This document shows, in pieces, positions 11,201 through 21,244 of a stretch of 64,000 nucleotides of DNA. Location: IMG/VR virus record IMGVR_UViG_2675903165_000002; one strand, given 5' to 3'. The notes under the pieces were generated by a model. It was not told the DNA's origin and made no database searches. It saw nothing but the letters and a program-made list of their open reading frames with translations. The position numbers and the translations under genes were made by a program. The stretch comes from an uncultured virus (IMG/VR IMGVR_UViG_2675903165_000002). Taxonomy: Duplodnaviria > Heunggongvirae > Uroviricota > Caudoviricetes. Each line of letters starts with the position of its first letter. Within the stretch, counting starts at the first letter, position 1.

Positions 11201-11480
11201 GGATGAAATCGCATTGTACGAAAAATTCAAGTCAATGATTTTGGAATTGGATAGCTTGACTAACATTTCAAAAGCCTATATTGATGAGAAATCTGAAGAT
11301 GTAATAGGAATCAAAATTGATACATTTTTCAGTGAAATAAATCCAAAAGTTGTTCGTATTCCTAAAAATAAGTCAGAAGAAATTGAGCAATTGAAGTCTG
11401 CGTTGAAGAAAAAATTGGGAGCCGACAGAACTTCAAATATAGCGGCAGTGTTGAACCTCTTAAAAGAATTATTGCAATGA
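8259..11480 (+). CDS. sspC: Large P-loop ATPase, SspC-like
   Basis: Walker A GTYGTGKSS, Walker B LDEFGKFLE, EW.KV.GRF, YGQNERSLFSFL; lies between DUF4007 and PAPS reductase genes. Confidence 0.8.
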   Translation: MANNFTTSVNILRDTERDFNYIPTPNAKQVVGQIVNDFKKGIRSFNIIGTYGTGKSSFLLALEQSVRGKKRYFETNFLANPIVDFVKIVGSYTSIVEQFADTFEVTTTKNKHENILSEIFNRYYSLGKNNGILFLLLDEFGKFLEYASKHNPENELYFIQQLAEFCNNPKYNVVLISTVHQSFESYAYALTSTQKQEWTKVKGRFREITFNEPVEQLLYLASEYVAENFENKAPKAQVEKCVELSVASKAFNFNKYFLDEISTKLFPLDILSANTLTLALQRYGQNERSLFSFLESTDHTGLAKFNKRENPFYNLSCVYDYLNFNFYSFLTSKYNPDFSAWSSIRSSLEEVERAFDEKINDYSNAVKTIGLLNIFSASGAILDNNFLSNYLEIACGVSNASTIIKNLETKKIIRFRSHSKRYILFEGTDLDIQTALLEAGEKISEVNDVVSLLKKHISFSHKLANQYYSKKGTPRYFEFIISESPINKIPTGEIDGFVNLIFNSKLTVSEVEETSKNQKEAIVYCYFKNSTEIRNLLFEIEKIQQVIEENKDDRVAKRELESIVQHQITILEHEITRKGLFTNNKNVVWYFQGVRKTITSQTDFNKLLTQVCGIVYDATPTFINELVNKHKISPSIHTAKRNYFKALANNWDKENLGFEDAKFPPEKTIFLSLLKENGISPIRENSFSVPSIDKNSSFNELWKTSEKFLESAKLEQRSIDEFVSILSKRPLKLKQGFIDFWVPTFLFLRRDDFALFNRGGYLPNITDDNLELIAKNPENYFIKTFDIEGVKLDIFNSYRTFLNISTESKFDNNSFIETIKPFIVFYKQLHEYSKQTKRLSSSALKIRTAIAMSKDPEDTFFDAFPNALGTSLSALQKDKSKLQGYTTSLQNAVRELRTSYDELIKRFEEFICNEFVGKSVEFDEYKKYLQDRFAKLKKHLLLANQKTFVQRIDSGLEDKKAWLNSIAQAVVGKKLENFSDEDEIALYEKFKSMILELDSLTNISKAYIDEKSEDVIGIKIDTFFSEINPKVVRIPKNKSEEIEQLKSALKKKLGADRTSNIAAVLNLLKELLQ

Positions 11481-12583
11481 GTAAAGTAAGGCATGTTTTA
11501 GGAATTTCAGGAGGCAAAGATAGTGCCGCCTTAGCAATTTATATAAAGACGAAATATCCATCATTAAATTTGGAGTTCTATTCTTGTGATACTGGGAAAG
11601 AATTAGATGAAACATATCAACTTGTTCAAAACCTTGAAGGCTATCTCGGAATTAAAATAAAACTCTTAAAAGGTGCTGAAAATAGTTCGGAAGACCCATT
11701 TGACCACTTTTTAAAGATGTATGGAGGGTACTTGCCTTCTTCTAACTCTCGCTGGTGTACAAAGAAATTAAAACTTGACCCATTTGAAAAATATGTAGGA
11801 ATGGATAATGTTATTTCTTATGTTGGTATTCGTGGAGACGAAGACCGTGAAGGGTATATTTCAACAAAGAAAAATATTCAATCAATTTTTCCTTTCCGAA
11901 AAAACATTTGGAGTGAAGATGTAATTGCTAAGACTTTATCAAATCAAAACATTGAGCAAATCATTTCCTATTCTAAAAACATTGATTTTGGAAAATATCA
12001 AAACAAAGTAGTGCAAATCATTTCCCAAAAAATTGATGCTTCATTTACGCAAATACAAAAATTAAACGTCTTACTTGATACCGATGTGAAAGGCTTTAAT
12101 CAATTAGTTTTTGATTTTTTGAAAACAACTGATTATCCCTTATCAAAAGAAGACTCATTTCCCTTGCTTGACAATGAAGACGTATTGGTTCGTGATGATA
12201 TTTTCAGAATCTTGGAAGAAAGCGGTGTTGGTGTGCCAGCCTATTACAACAAAATTGATTTTGCCATCAATGGTAAAATAGGTCAATATTCAAGAAGCCG
12301 CTCTGGCTGTTACTTTTGCTTTTTTCAGCAGAAAATAGAATGGATTTGGTTGTACGAACAGCACCCCAACTTGTACAAAAAAGCAATGGAGTACGAAAAA
12401 GATGGCTACACTTGGGGGCAGAACGAAAGTTTGGAAGAGTTGATTCATCCAGAAAGAGTAAAGCAGGTGAAGGAAGAGTATGTTAAACGAATGGAACGAA
12501 ATGCAGCTAAAAGCAAATCACCTTACTTGATTGATATTTTAGACGATGAAGAAGGAATTGGTTGTGCGAGTTGTTTTATTTGA
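11477..12583 (+). CDS. sspD: PAPS-reductase family protein, SspD-like
   Basis: SGGKDS, DTG.E, RWCT..LK, RSGC.FCFFQ and C-terminal CxxC. Confidence 0.85.
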   Translation: MSKVRHVLGISGGKDSAALAIYIKTKYPSLNLEFYSCDTGKELDETYQLVQNLEGYLGIKIKLLKGAENSSEDPFDHFLKMYGGYLPSSNSRWCTKKLKLDPFEKYVGMDNVISYVGIRGDEDREGYISTKKNIQSIFPFRKNIWSEDVIAKTLSNQNIEQIISYSKNIDFGKYQNKVVQIISQKIDASFTQIQKLNVLLDTDVKGFNQLVFDFLKTTDYPLSKEDSFPLLDNEDVLVRDDIFRILEESGVGVPAYYNKIDFAINGKIGQYSRSRSGCYFCFFQQKIEWIWLYEQHPNLYKKAMEYEKDGYTWGQNESLEELIHPERVKQVKEEYVKRMERNAAKSKSPYLIDILDDEEGIGCASCFI

Positions 12584-12604
12584 TAGAAAAACATTATTGA
12601 AAAT

Positions 12605-13132
12605 ATGACTGGAAACGCATTTTCATTAGGAGAAGAATTGGAATTAAGGAAAGTTGAATACAAGCTTCATAGAGAATTGTGGAGTAAATTCAATTATCCT
12701 GATTTGAATTTAAACTTTAACCAATGGGTAACAATAAAATACCTAAATGACAATGCTGACAATTTTGATGCAAACATTGAAAATATTCCCAACGACAAAG
12801 GAGGTTTGTATATGTTTTATGTTAAGTGTGAAATCATTACGGGCATAACTGAATATCCACTATATGTTGGACGGGCACAGTTTACAGCAAATCAAAATCT
12901 AAGAAAACGTGTAAAAGAATACTTTCAAAAATATCAACGTAATGATGAAAGACCAAAAATAACAAGAATGTTTAATTATTGGAAAAACGATTTACACTTA
13001 GCATATTTTCCATTAGATGATAACGAAGACACTGTTTGTATTGAAAAGGAGTTTATTAACTCATTACTTTTACCAATGAATACAGAAATTCCAGACGCAG
13101 AAATTAAACAAGCAATAAAAGCATTTCAATAA
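12605..13132 (+). CDS. GIY-YIG-like nuclease
   Basis: GGLYMF...LYVGRA...LRKRV..Y...E..I..L.P.N pattern. Confidence 0.6.
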   Translation: MTGNAFSLGEELELRKVEYKLHRELWSKFNYPDLNLNFNQWVTIKYLNDNADNFDANIENIPNDKGGLYMFYVKCEIITGITEYPLYVGRAQFTANQNLRKRVKEYFQKYQRNDERPKITRMFNYWKNDLHLAYFPLDDNEDTVCIEKEFINSLLLPMNTEIPDAEIKQAIKAFQ

Positions 13133-14367
13133 TGAAAATTCCAGCGTTAAGAGCAAAAATAGGTAATTGGGATTACTACGTAACCACTCTTACTTTTGAA
13201 CAAGTAGATAAATTTGTTTCAAAGGTTGATGAAAATTTACATAAGTCGGAATCATTAAAAGATTTGATTCAGCGAAGCATTACCGACAATTATAAAGGGG
13301 TAAAAGAATACATAATTAATCAACAAGAATTATTCTTTAATTCACTTGTATTAGCTGTTTATGACGATTATCCTGATTGGCAAGAAATTGAGTTTAAATA
13401 TGACGAAACAGAAACTTATCAAATGGGATTACTTGATTTCCCTAGTCAGCATAAGATATTTCCTGTTGATGGACAACATCGTGTTGAAGGAATTAAAGCA
13501 GCATTGAAAGAAAAACCTGAGTTAAAAGACCAGCAAATTGCTGCAATTTTTATCGGACACAAAAACGATGATTCAGGAAAACAAAGAACAAGAAGATTGT
13601 TTACTACACTTAACCGTTATGCGAAACCCGTTTCACCTGATTATGTTATTGCGTTAGAAGAAGACGATGTTGTTGCAATTATGACAAGAAACTTGCTTGA
13701 AGAATATGACTTGTTTACAGGCAAAAGAGTTATTTCTGCAAAACAAAAAGCTATTCCACCTAAGAATAAAGAAGCTATCACATCTATTATTACTTTGTAT
13801 CAAGCCAATCTTGAATTGTTCAAAGTTTTTTATGAAGAAAATTTCAAAAAGAAACCTACTAAAAAGGTCTTAGATAAATATCTAAAATTTAAACCATCAA
13901 ACGAAGAATTTGAAGCCTATAAGTCTTTTTGTATTCGTTTTTGGGATGCTTTCAAAACAAAACTTTCATTCATTTCCGAGTATGTAAACACAGTTGAAAA
14001 TTCAGCAGAAGCTTATCGTAATAATGAAACGGGAGGAAATCTTTTATTCCGTCCTATCGGTATATTGCCTTTTATAAAATCAAGCTTGTTGATTTATCAA
14101 AGAAAACAAATTTCATTTGAGCAAATCTTTGAGCGTTTTAATAATGTCAATTTTGAAATAAATACTAAACCTTGGTTAAATGTAGTTTGGAATCCGATTG
14201 AAAAGAAAATGATAATGAACTCTGATTCGGTAACGCAATCATTGCTTATTTATCTGTACTCTGACAATGTTTTGACTGCCCAAGAAATTAAAAAACTCAA
14301 AGAAGGCTATGCGTCAAAAATTTCATCACAAGACGTAGATAATGTTTTACAAGGAATTGAAAATTGA
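13132..14367 (+). CDS. DGQHR-domain (DndB-like) protein
   Basis: LIQR, FFNSLV, VDGQHR and LFTTLNRYAKPV motifs. Confidence 0.85.
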   Translation: MKIPALRAKIGNWDYYVTTLTFEQVDKFVSKVDENLHKSESLKDLIQRSITDNYKGVKEYIINQQELFFNSLVLAVYDDYPDWQEIEFKYDETETYQMGLLDFPSQHKIFPVDGQHRVEGIKAALKEKPELKDQQIAAIFIGHKNDDSGKQRTRRLFTTLNRYAKPVSPDYVIALEEDDVVAIMTRNLLEEYDLFTGKRVISAKQKAIPPKNKEAITSIITLYQANLELFKVFYEENFKKKPTKKVLDKYLKFKPSNEEFEAYKSFCIRFWDAFKTKLSFISEYVNTVENSAEAYRNNETGGNLLFRPIGILPFIKSSLLIYQRKQISFEQIFERFNNVNFEINTKPWLNVVWNPIEKKMIMNSDSVTQSLLIYLYSDNVLTAQEIKKLKEGYASKISSQDVDNVLQGIEN

Positions 14368-15512
14368 ATTATAAACACAACATATCATACCTCGACTACA
14401 ACGCCACCACTCCAATAGACCCACGAGTGTTGGATGCGATGCTTCCATTTCTAAAAGAAAATTTTGCCAATCCAAGCAGTACGCATCATTTTGGCAAAAC
14501 CATAAATGAAGCCATAAAATCAGCAAGAACGCAAGTCGCAGATTTAATCGGTGCAACGGATAAAGAAATTATTTTCACAAGTGGTTCAACAGAAGCAATC
14601 AACATTGCTTTAAAAGGTGTCGCCGAAAATTATTCAGAAAAGGGTAAACATATCATAACAGTATCAACCGAACACAAAGCCGTTCTTGATACTTGCAATT
14701 ATCTTGAAAATAGAGGTTACGAAGTAACTTATTTGTCTGTTCAAAAAAACGGATTGATTGATTTGGAAGAATTGAAAAAATCTTTGCGTTCAGATACAAT
14801 TTTGGTTTGCGTAATGTTTGTAAACAATGAAACAGGCGTAATTCAACCAATACAAGAAATTGCTTTACTTACTCACGAAGTTGGTGCTTTGTTCATGACT
14901 GATGCAACTCAAGCTATTGGAAAAATAGACATAAATGCTGGAAAAATAGGCATTGATATTTTGTGTTTAAGCGGACATAAAATGTACGCTCCAAAAGGAA
15001 TTGGGGCTTTGTATGTGAAGAAAGGAATTAAACTTCCTGCATACACGCACGGAGGCGGACACGAAAATGGATTGCGAAGTGGAACGTTAAACGTTCCGAG
15101 TATTATTGCACTTGGAAGGGCTTGTGAAATTGCTGAACAAGAAATACAACAAGATGCAGAAAGAATTGTATCGTTGCGAAATGAGTTAGAGAACGAATTG
15201 CTCAAAATTCCCGACACGTTCGTAAACGGAAGTACAGAAAATAGAATTCACAACGTCAGCAACATTTGTTTCAAAGGTTTTGACGCAAATGTTTTAATCG
15301 GAAGAATGAAAAATGTAGCCGTTTCAAATGGTTCTGCTTGTACTTCTGCAATTGTTGAGCCTTCATACGTTTTAACGGCAATGGGATTGAGTGATGATGA
15401 TGCTTTTGCTTCAATTCGTTTTTCGTTGGGAAAGTTTAATACGAAAGAGGAAATAAAATTAGTTGTTAAAATTGTTTCTGAACTAATCAAAACAAGTTTT
15501 AGATATGCTTAA
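14364..15512 (+). CDS. sspA: Cysteine desulfurase (IscS/DndA/SspA family)
   Basis: YLDYNATTP, FTSGSTE, SGHK (PLP lysine) and GSAC (catalytic Cys); TTG start. Confidence 0.9.
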   Translation: MNYKHNISYLDYNATTPIDPRVLDAMLPFLKENFANPSSTHHFGKTINEAIKSARTQVADLIGATDKEIIFTSGSTEAINIALKGVAENYSEKGKHIITVSTEHKAVLDTCNYLENRGYEVTYLSVQKNGLIDLEELKKSLRSDTILVCVMFVNNETGVIQPIQEIALLTHEVGALFMTDATQAIGKIDINAGKIGIDILCLSGHKMYAPKGIGALYVKKGIKLPAYTHGGGHENGLRSGTLNVPSIIALGRACEIAEQEIQQDAERIVSLRNELENELLKIPDTFVNGSTENRIHNVSNICFKGFDANVLIGRMKNVAVSNGSACTSAIVEPSYVLTAMGLSDDDAFASIRFSLGKFNTKEEIKLVVKIVSELIKTSFRYA

Positions 15513-17706
15513 AGATTGCGAATGGTCTATAGATAGGGATTATAAAACAGGTTCGGAAAACGAGCCTATGCAGTTCTATTTGGAAGGTTTGGCAAATAGT
15601 TCCGAATTTCATTTGTTATTGGGCTATTTTAGTTCGGCAGCTATTAATTTGCTTTCGATTGGTTTTGCTACATTTATCAGCAAAGGTGGAAAAATGCGAA
15701 TGGTCATCAATCATTTGCTTTCTGAAAAAGATAAAGCAGTAGTTGAAAAAGGGTTGAATGAAAACCCAAATAAGGTTTTTGATTTAACTGATATTGTTAC
15801 GCTTGGTAGAATACTTGATGAATACGACACGCATTTTTTTGAATGTTTAGCTTATTTAATTGCTGAAAAACGCATTGAAATAAAAGTTGTAAAACCCAAA
15901 AATGGTAGAGGAATAGCACATTATAAGTCTGGTGTTTTTACTGATGGAGAAAACAGTATTGCATACAAAGCTTCCTGCAATTTTACATTGAGAGGGTTAT
16001 CAGAAAATTTAGAAGAATTAGAAGCTTTCTTGAGCTGGGAAAACGGACGGTCAAATAAACTTATTAAAAAGCAAATGAGAATCATTGATAATTATTTTGC
16101 TGAAAATGATGACAGTGTTGAATATTTATCTGCAAGTGATATTGAAATTGCAATCAGAGATAGGTTTGGTAACAAAGATTTGGATGAGCTTATAGTTCAG
16201 GAATCCCAATTATTAAAAAAGAAAGTGAGCTTGATTAACAATGGGCGTTTGAAACAAACTATTCTCAAACTTCACAAAGAAATTGATAAAGTCATTCACA
16301 ATCCAAGATTTCCCAATAATGGGACGCCAAGAACGTATCAGGTAGAAGCCTATCAAAATTGGGTTACAAACGATTATAAAGGAATTTTTGCAATGGCAAC
16401 AGGAACAGGCAAAACAATTACTTCGTTGAATTGCTTGTTAGAAGATTATAAAAAAGAAAACTCATACAAAGCGATTATTTTAGTTCCAACAACAGCATTG
16501 TTGGAGCAATGGAAAAAAGAATGCGCCAAGTTCAATTTCAAAAATGTTATCACAGTAAGCTCAAAAGAAAAGTGGGAAGATAAACTTGCGTTTTTCAATA
16601 CCGCAAGCAAATTGATTGACACTTCATATATCGTAATTGTAACGTACGCTTCGCTTTCGAGAGATAAGTTTCAAAGTTTTTTCAAACAACTTCCAAAGGA
16701 AACCCTATTGATTGCGGACGAAACGCACAATTTAGGTTCACAAGGACTTTTGAAGATTTTGCCGACAATTCATTTAGAAAAAAGAATTGGTTTATCGGCA
16801 ACACCACACCGAAAATTTGACGAAGCAGGAAATACAGCAATTGAAGAATTTTTCAATGACAAATCGCCTTATATTGTTTCCTATTCAATGAAACAAGCAT
16901 TAGAAAATGGTTTTCTCTGCCAATACACATACTTCCCGCATATCGTAAAATTGACTGAAGAGGAAATGAAACGCTATAAAGAAATTTCGCTTCAACTTTT
17001 GCGAATGGGTTTGTTTGATGAGAAAGGAAATTTTAAAAGTTCGCCAGAGATTGAGAAAAAATTGTTGGAAAGAAAACGCATTATCCATAAAGCCACCAAT
17101 AAAATTGACGCGTTTCAAAAGATTTTGAACGATGAATTTAAGCAACGAAAAAACTTGAAATATACTTTGGTTTACGTTCCCGAAGGAGTTGAAGCAAATT
17201 TTGAATACAACGATTTCATTGAAGAAACAGAAGATGAAAACAAATTGATTAACGAGTACACAAGAGTTGTAAGTAATACTGACGATTCTGTAATGGTAAA
17301 ACAATTCACGTCAAATTCCACAAATCGAGAAGGAGTTTTAATCAATTACGAAAAAGGAATTACACACGTTTTAACTTCAATGAAATGTCTAGACGAAGGC
17401 GTGGATGTACCTCGTTCGGAATTGGCGATATTTTGTGCCAGTACAGGAAATCCAAGGCAATTTATTCAAAGACGTGGGCGAGTTTTGCGTTTGCATAAAG
17501 ATAAAATTCACGCAACAATTCACGACTTAGTTGTTATTCCTGAAGTTTCAAATAACGAAAGCACCTTTGAAATGGAAAAGAGCTTAGTAAGAAAAGAATT
17601 AGAACGTGTTGTTGATTTTGCAAATTTGGCAATGAACAAAACAGAAACATACAATTCTTTGAAAGATGTTTTAGACCAATACAATTTAAACTTAAACGAC
17701 ATTTGA
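15505..17706 (+). CDS. PLD-like domain + SF2 helicase (Dnd-associated restriction-enzyme-like)
   Basis: HYK.G...SCNFT (HKD-like), MATGTGKT, DETH, LSATP, CLDEGVDVP, QRRGRVLR. Confidence 0.8.
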   Translation: MLKDCEWSIDRDYKTGSENEPMQFYLEGLANSSEFHLLLGYFSSAAINLLSIGFATFISKGGKMRMVINHLLSEKDKAVVEKGLNENPNKVFDLTDIVTLGRILDEYDTHFFECLAYLIAEKRIEIKVVKPKNGRGIAHYKSGVFTDGENSIAYKASCNFTLRGLSENLEELEAFLSWENGRSNKLIKKQMRIIDNYFAENDDSVEYLSASDIEIAIRDRFGNKDLDELIVQESQLLKKKVSLINNGRLKQTILKLHKEIDKVIHNPRFPNNGTPRTYQVEAYQNWVTNDYKGIFAMATGTGKTITSLNCLLEDYKKENSYKAIILVPTTALLEQWKKECAKFNFKNVITVSSKEKWEDKLAFFNTASKLIDTSYIVIVTYASLSRDKFQSFFKQLPKETLLIADETHNLGSQGLLKILPTIHLEKRIGLSATPHRKFDEAGNTAIEEFFNDKSPYIVSYSMKQALENGFLCQYTYFPHIVKLTEEEMKRYKEISLQLLRMGLFDEKGNFKSSPEIEKKLLERKRIIHKATNKIDAFQKILNDEFKQRKNLKYTLVYVPEGVEANFEYNDFIEETEDENKLINEYTRVVSNTDDSVMVKQFTSNSTNREGVLINYEKGITHVLTSMKCLDEGVDVPRSELAIFCASTGNPRQFIQRRGRVLRLHKDKIHATIHDLVVIPEVSNNESTFEMEKSLVRKELERVVDFANLAMNKTETYNSLKDVLDQYNLNLNDI

Positions 17707-17717
17707 AATATTTTCTT

Positions 17718-17951
17718 ATGGCAAGAAAAGATGAAATTTTAAAAAGTTTTCTGAATCACGAATTACTTACAACAAAGTATGAGTTGCAAGATTCTGAAAT
17801 TCCTGCAACAGTTCGTGAGGCACTCAATTCAGACAAGCTAATTATTAAAGCAATCGCTTTGATAGTTGAAGGTCTTGACGGCACGTCACCCGTAACTGAT
17901 AAAGTTTTAAGAGACCAAGTAACCCAATTTTTAAACACAGTATCAATATGA
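17718..17951 (+). CDS. Small protein between helicase and SMC-like ATPase
   Basis: ATG at 17718; TGA stop overlaps the next ATG. Confidence 0.65.
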   Translation: MARKDEILKSFLNHELLTTKYELQDSEIPATVREALNSDKLIIKAIALIVEGLDGTSPVTDKVLRDQVTQFLNTVSI

Positions 17952-20122
17952 TTATCAAAAAAATATCCATAGAAAACTACCTCTGTTACAGCGGTGTAAA
18001 AGAGTTTGAATTATCAGACGGCTTAAATATTATTTTAGGAGAAAATGGAGAAGGTAAAACAAAGTTTTTTGAAGCCATTGAATGGTTGTTTGATAATAAT
18101 AAATTAGGCTCGTTGTTCGACAATGATAACGACAAACTAAACTCATTAGTTTCTGCAAAAACATTGAACGAAGCGGAAATCGGAGAAGATTTTAGAGTAA
18201 AAGTATCCATTACGGTTGAGCAGTATGAGGAAAAACAAATCATTTCAAAATCTTTTATTGTAAAAAAGACAGCCGATAACGAGTGTTCAACTTCCAATTA
18301 TATGCTGGAGGGCATTGAGGAAAACAAGTTAGGCGAAAGAAATCAAGTTGACGGAGCTGATTTATTAAATAGAATTTTTCCTTTTCAAATCCGAAAGTAT
18401 TCAATGTTTAAAGGAGAATCCCAATTGAATATTTTTGAAAGCGAAGATGCTTTGATTAATTTGATAAACTTGTTTTCCGATGCAAAATATTATGACAAGT
18501 ATTCTGAAAAAGGTGCTTTTCTAAGAGAAAAAGCAGAAAAGGCCGTTGAAGATTCTACAAAATCTAACAAGAAGAACGAAGTATTGTATAAAAATTTGGA
18601 AACCGAAATTCTTCGTCTTGAAAATGAAAAACACAAATATCAAGTTCACTTAAATTCAACTGTTGAAGAAATCAAAAAAATAGAAGGCAATCTTCAATCA
18701 GCAGAAAGCCACGTTAAAAATGCCGATACGCTTGAAACGATAAACAACAGAATCAAAAACATTGAAGAAAAAATTGCAGAGGCAAACAAACGTATTGACG
18801 AAAATTACACAACCTCATTGTTTGATGAAAAATGGATTGCAGTAAACTTTGAGCCAATTCATAAAGAATTTACAGACAAAGTAAAGCAGTTAAGTCATGA
18901 CAGAAGAAAGCAACAATCTGAATTTGACAAGGAGCAAGGAATTAAAGAGGGCGAAAGAAAAGCCAAAGCAGAACTATTGAATAATGCCGTTCCGCTTCCT
19001 GATAATATTCCATCAAAAGTTATTATGGAGGAAATGCTCCACGATGAAATTTGTAAAGTTTGTAATCGAGAAGCTCCAAAAGGTTCAGAGGCGTACAACT
19101 TTATGTTTGAACGCCTGCAAACGTATTTACAAAGCCAAGTCAAAAAGGAAAAGGAAGCCGATGATGAACTTTTGTTCAAGAAAGATTATACGAGCAGACT
19201 TTTAAATTTGAGTGTAAGCCACGAAGACAATTTGAAAAATCTTAGAGAAATCAGAAAAACAATCAAAGATTTGTTTGAATTTAATGCTGATAGAAAAAAA
19301 GATATTGAGTTGCTGAATGAGCAATTAGAGAAAGAAAAAACAGAGAGAGAAAAGGTTTTAGGCGATTCAAGTATTGCAGAAGAAAAACTTGTCAATGTTC
19401 TGAAAAACTACAATTCTTGGCAAAGAGATTTGAAACAGAAAGGCAAAGAACAGATTGATTACGAGGCGAAACTAAAGGATATAGAAGCACAACTAAAAAC
19501 CAAAAAAGATGAAAAAGACAAAATTGATTTAAGCTCTGCCCAATCATTTTTGATAAAAACAAGAACAATTTTGCGAGATATTGAAACGATTTTCAAAGAC
19601 ACGAAAGAGAAAAAGTTTGACGGGTTTATTGAAAAACTTGAAACGAAATCAAACAATATTTTCAAGCAAATTAATATTGATGCTTTCACAGGAACAATTG
19701 TTTTTGAAAAACAAAATAAGAGCAATAAAACGATTGTAAATATTGAATTGCAAGAAGACGGAAGAATTTTTTACAAACCGAACCAATCGTTGCTTACATC
19801 AATGCACATTTCCATCTTGTTTGCCATATCAGAGTTAGCAACGGAAATCCAATCAGAAAAATTTCCAATGATTTTTGATGCACCGACATCTTCGTTTGGC
19901 GAAAACAAAACAGAGAAATTCTTGAATCTGATTTACGAAACGGGCAATCAAAAAATCCTTTTGATAAAAGATTTCCTTTACACAGATAAAAACACAAAAG
20001 TGCTTTCAATCAAAGATGAATTTAAAAGCGTAAAAAGAAACAAAGCGTTTTGGGTAAAATTGGAAAGACCCTTTGACCCGAACAATTTAAAAACAATCAA
20101 TACCCAAGTAATTACTTTGTAA
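17948..20122 (+). CDS. Rad50/SMC-like (DndD-like) ABC ATPase with zinc hook
   Basis: Walker A GENGEGKT, long coiled coils, central CKVC, Walker B IFDAPTS. Confidence 0.8.
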   Translation: MIIKKISIENYLCYSGVKEFELSDGLNIILGENGEGKTKFFEAIEWLFDNNKLGSLFDNDNDKLNSLVSAKTLNEAEIGEDFRVKVSITVEQYEEKQIISKSFIVKKTADNECSTSNYMLEGIEENKLGERNQVDGADLLNRIFPFQIRKYSMFKGESQLNIFESEDALINLINLFSDAKYYDKYSEKGAFLREKAEKAVEDSTKSNKKNEVLYKNLETEILRLENEKHKYQVHLNSTVEEIKKIEGNLQSAESHVKNADTLETINNRIKNIEEKIAEANKRIDENYTTSLFDEKWIAVNFEPIHKEFTDKVKQLSHDRRKQQSEFDKEQGIKEGERKAKAELLNNAVPLPDNIPSKVIMEEMLHDEICKVCNREAPKGSEAYNFMFERLQTYLQSQVKKEKEADDELLFKKDYTSRLLNLSVSHEDNLKNLREIRKTIKDLFEFNADRKKDIELLNEQLEKEKTEREKVLGDSSIAEEKLVNVLKNYNSWQRDLKQKGKEQIDYEAKLKDIEAQLKTKKDEKDKIDLSSAQSFLIKTRTILRDIETIFKDTKEKKFDGFIEKLETKSNNIFKQINIDAFTGTIVFEKQNKSNKTIVNIELQEDGRIFYKPNQSLLTSMHISILFAISELATEIQSEKFPMIFDAPTSSFGENKTEKFLNLIYETGNQKILLIKDFLYTDKNTKVLSIKDEFKSVKRNKAFWVKLERPFDPNNLKTINTQVITL

Positions 20123-20123
20123 T

Positions 20124-20648
20124 ATGGAAAACTTATTTGACAAATGGAAAACCAAAATTCCAAAGTATAGTGAAGTTCACAAGGTGCTTTTTACTTCGCT
20201 TTCACAAAAATTTGGCGCGGAAGGCGAAAAGAAAAATAATCTTGGAAAGTATTTTAGTACCAACTACGAATTGTATATGTATGCCTTTTTTTTGGGTTTA
20301 TATAATGATGAATTTTCGCCAATTCCAAACGGAGAAAAGAAAACAGATTTCAGCCACCACATTCAACATTGGGGCAGTAAGACAACAACTTCTTACAGAA
20401 AAGATTTTACAAGCCTTCAAGAAAATATCTTTATTGCCTTATTTGCAAAAACAGAATTAGATATTCTTGCATTAGAAAAAGGTGAAATTGAAGAAGATGA
20501 AGTTGTAAAACAACTTATTCATACAATGGAATCATATACAAACGGAGGGTTAATTCTAATTAAAGAAAAAATTGATGAAAACCCGAATTACTTTCTTCAA
20601 CCAACATCTTTTTTAGATATGATTTTGAGTAGTAAAATATATAAATAA
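20124..20648 (+). CDS. Hypothetical protein (DndE-like position)
   Basis: Starts 1 nt after the ATPase stop; YELY.YAFFLGL and ESY.NGGL motifs. Confidence 0.6.
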   Translation: MENLFDKWKTKIPKYSEVHKVLFTSLSQKFGAEGEKKNNLGKYFSTNYELYMYAFFLGLYNDEFSPIPNGEKKTDFSHHIQHWGSKTTTSYRKDFTSLQENIFIALFAKTELDILALEKGEIEEDEVVKQLIHTMESYTNGGLILIKEKIDENPNYFLQPTSFLDMILSSKIYK

Positions 20649-20864
20649 AATTACAAGTGGGCTACTTTGGGGATTCAGTCAAATTCAATTAGAATAATTT
20701 ACAGAGTGTTTTATTTAATACAGTAGCATTAGGCACTGGGTAGAGCATTGTAAGTAAAAATATGTTTTTAGTAATTAAGGATTTGAATAGACTTATTTTT
20801 ATTATTGAATAGTAATTTTAAAATACAGTTTATTATTCTTAACCAATCACAGGCACTTCTACTA

Positions 20865-20921
20865 AATCCCCTCCGTCCCCAATCTATTCCAAATCGGAAC
20901 AAAATGGGGACGGAGGGGATT
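20865..20921. terminator. Strong hairpin between convergent genes
   Basis: aatcccctccgtcccca ... tggggacggaggggatt perfect inverted repeat. Confidence 0.75.
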
Positions 20922-20922
20922 G

Positions 20923-21243
20923 CTATTTTCTTGCGGAAAGCCTATGGTTAGCATAGCTTTCTACACTGGCTAACTTACTGCCATTCATATAATTGAGGAG
21001 TTCGCTACGCTTGCAAAACAATCGCTTTCCTACCTTGTAAAACGTGAATGGTGACTGCCGACTGCATGAATACTTGTATAAAGTGCTTTTGGAGATGCCT
21101 AACAGTTGGGCAGCATCGGCCAACTGCATAAAATCACTTTCGGCGGGTGGCACCACTTTTTCAGCTCGCCAATCCTGTAAAGCACTGACCATTCCTTTGA
21201 GTTCTTCCAACTCTTTCAATATTGTTGCAAAGGGATTTTCCAT
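20923..21243 (-). CDS. Helix-turn-helix DNA-binding protein, excisionase-like
   Basis: MENPF start; AAQLLGISKSTLYKY...KVGKRL.C.RSEL. Confidence 0.8.
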   Translation of the reverse strand: MENPFATILKELEELKGMVSALQDWRAEKVVPPAESDFMQLADAAQLLGISKSTLYKYSCSRQSPFTFYKVGKRLFCKRSELLNYMNGSKLASVESYANHRLSARK

Positions 21244-21244
21244 T

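Noticed and set aside
7370..12583. BREX type 4
   Set aside because: DUF4007 and PAPS reductase are separate genes, and no pglZ or brxL is recognisable.
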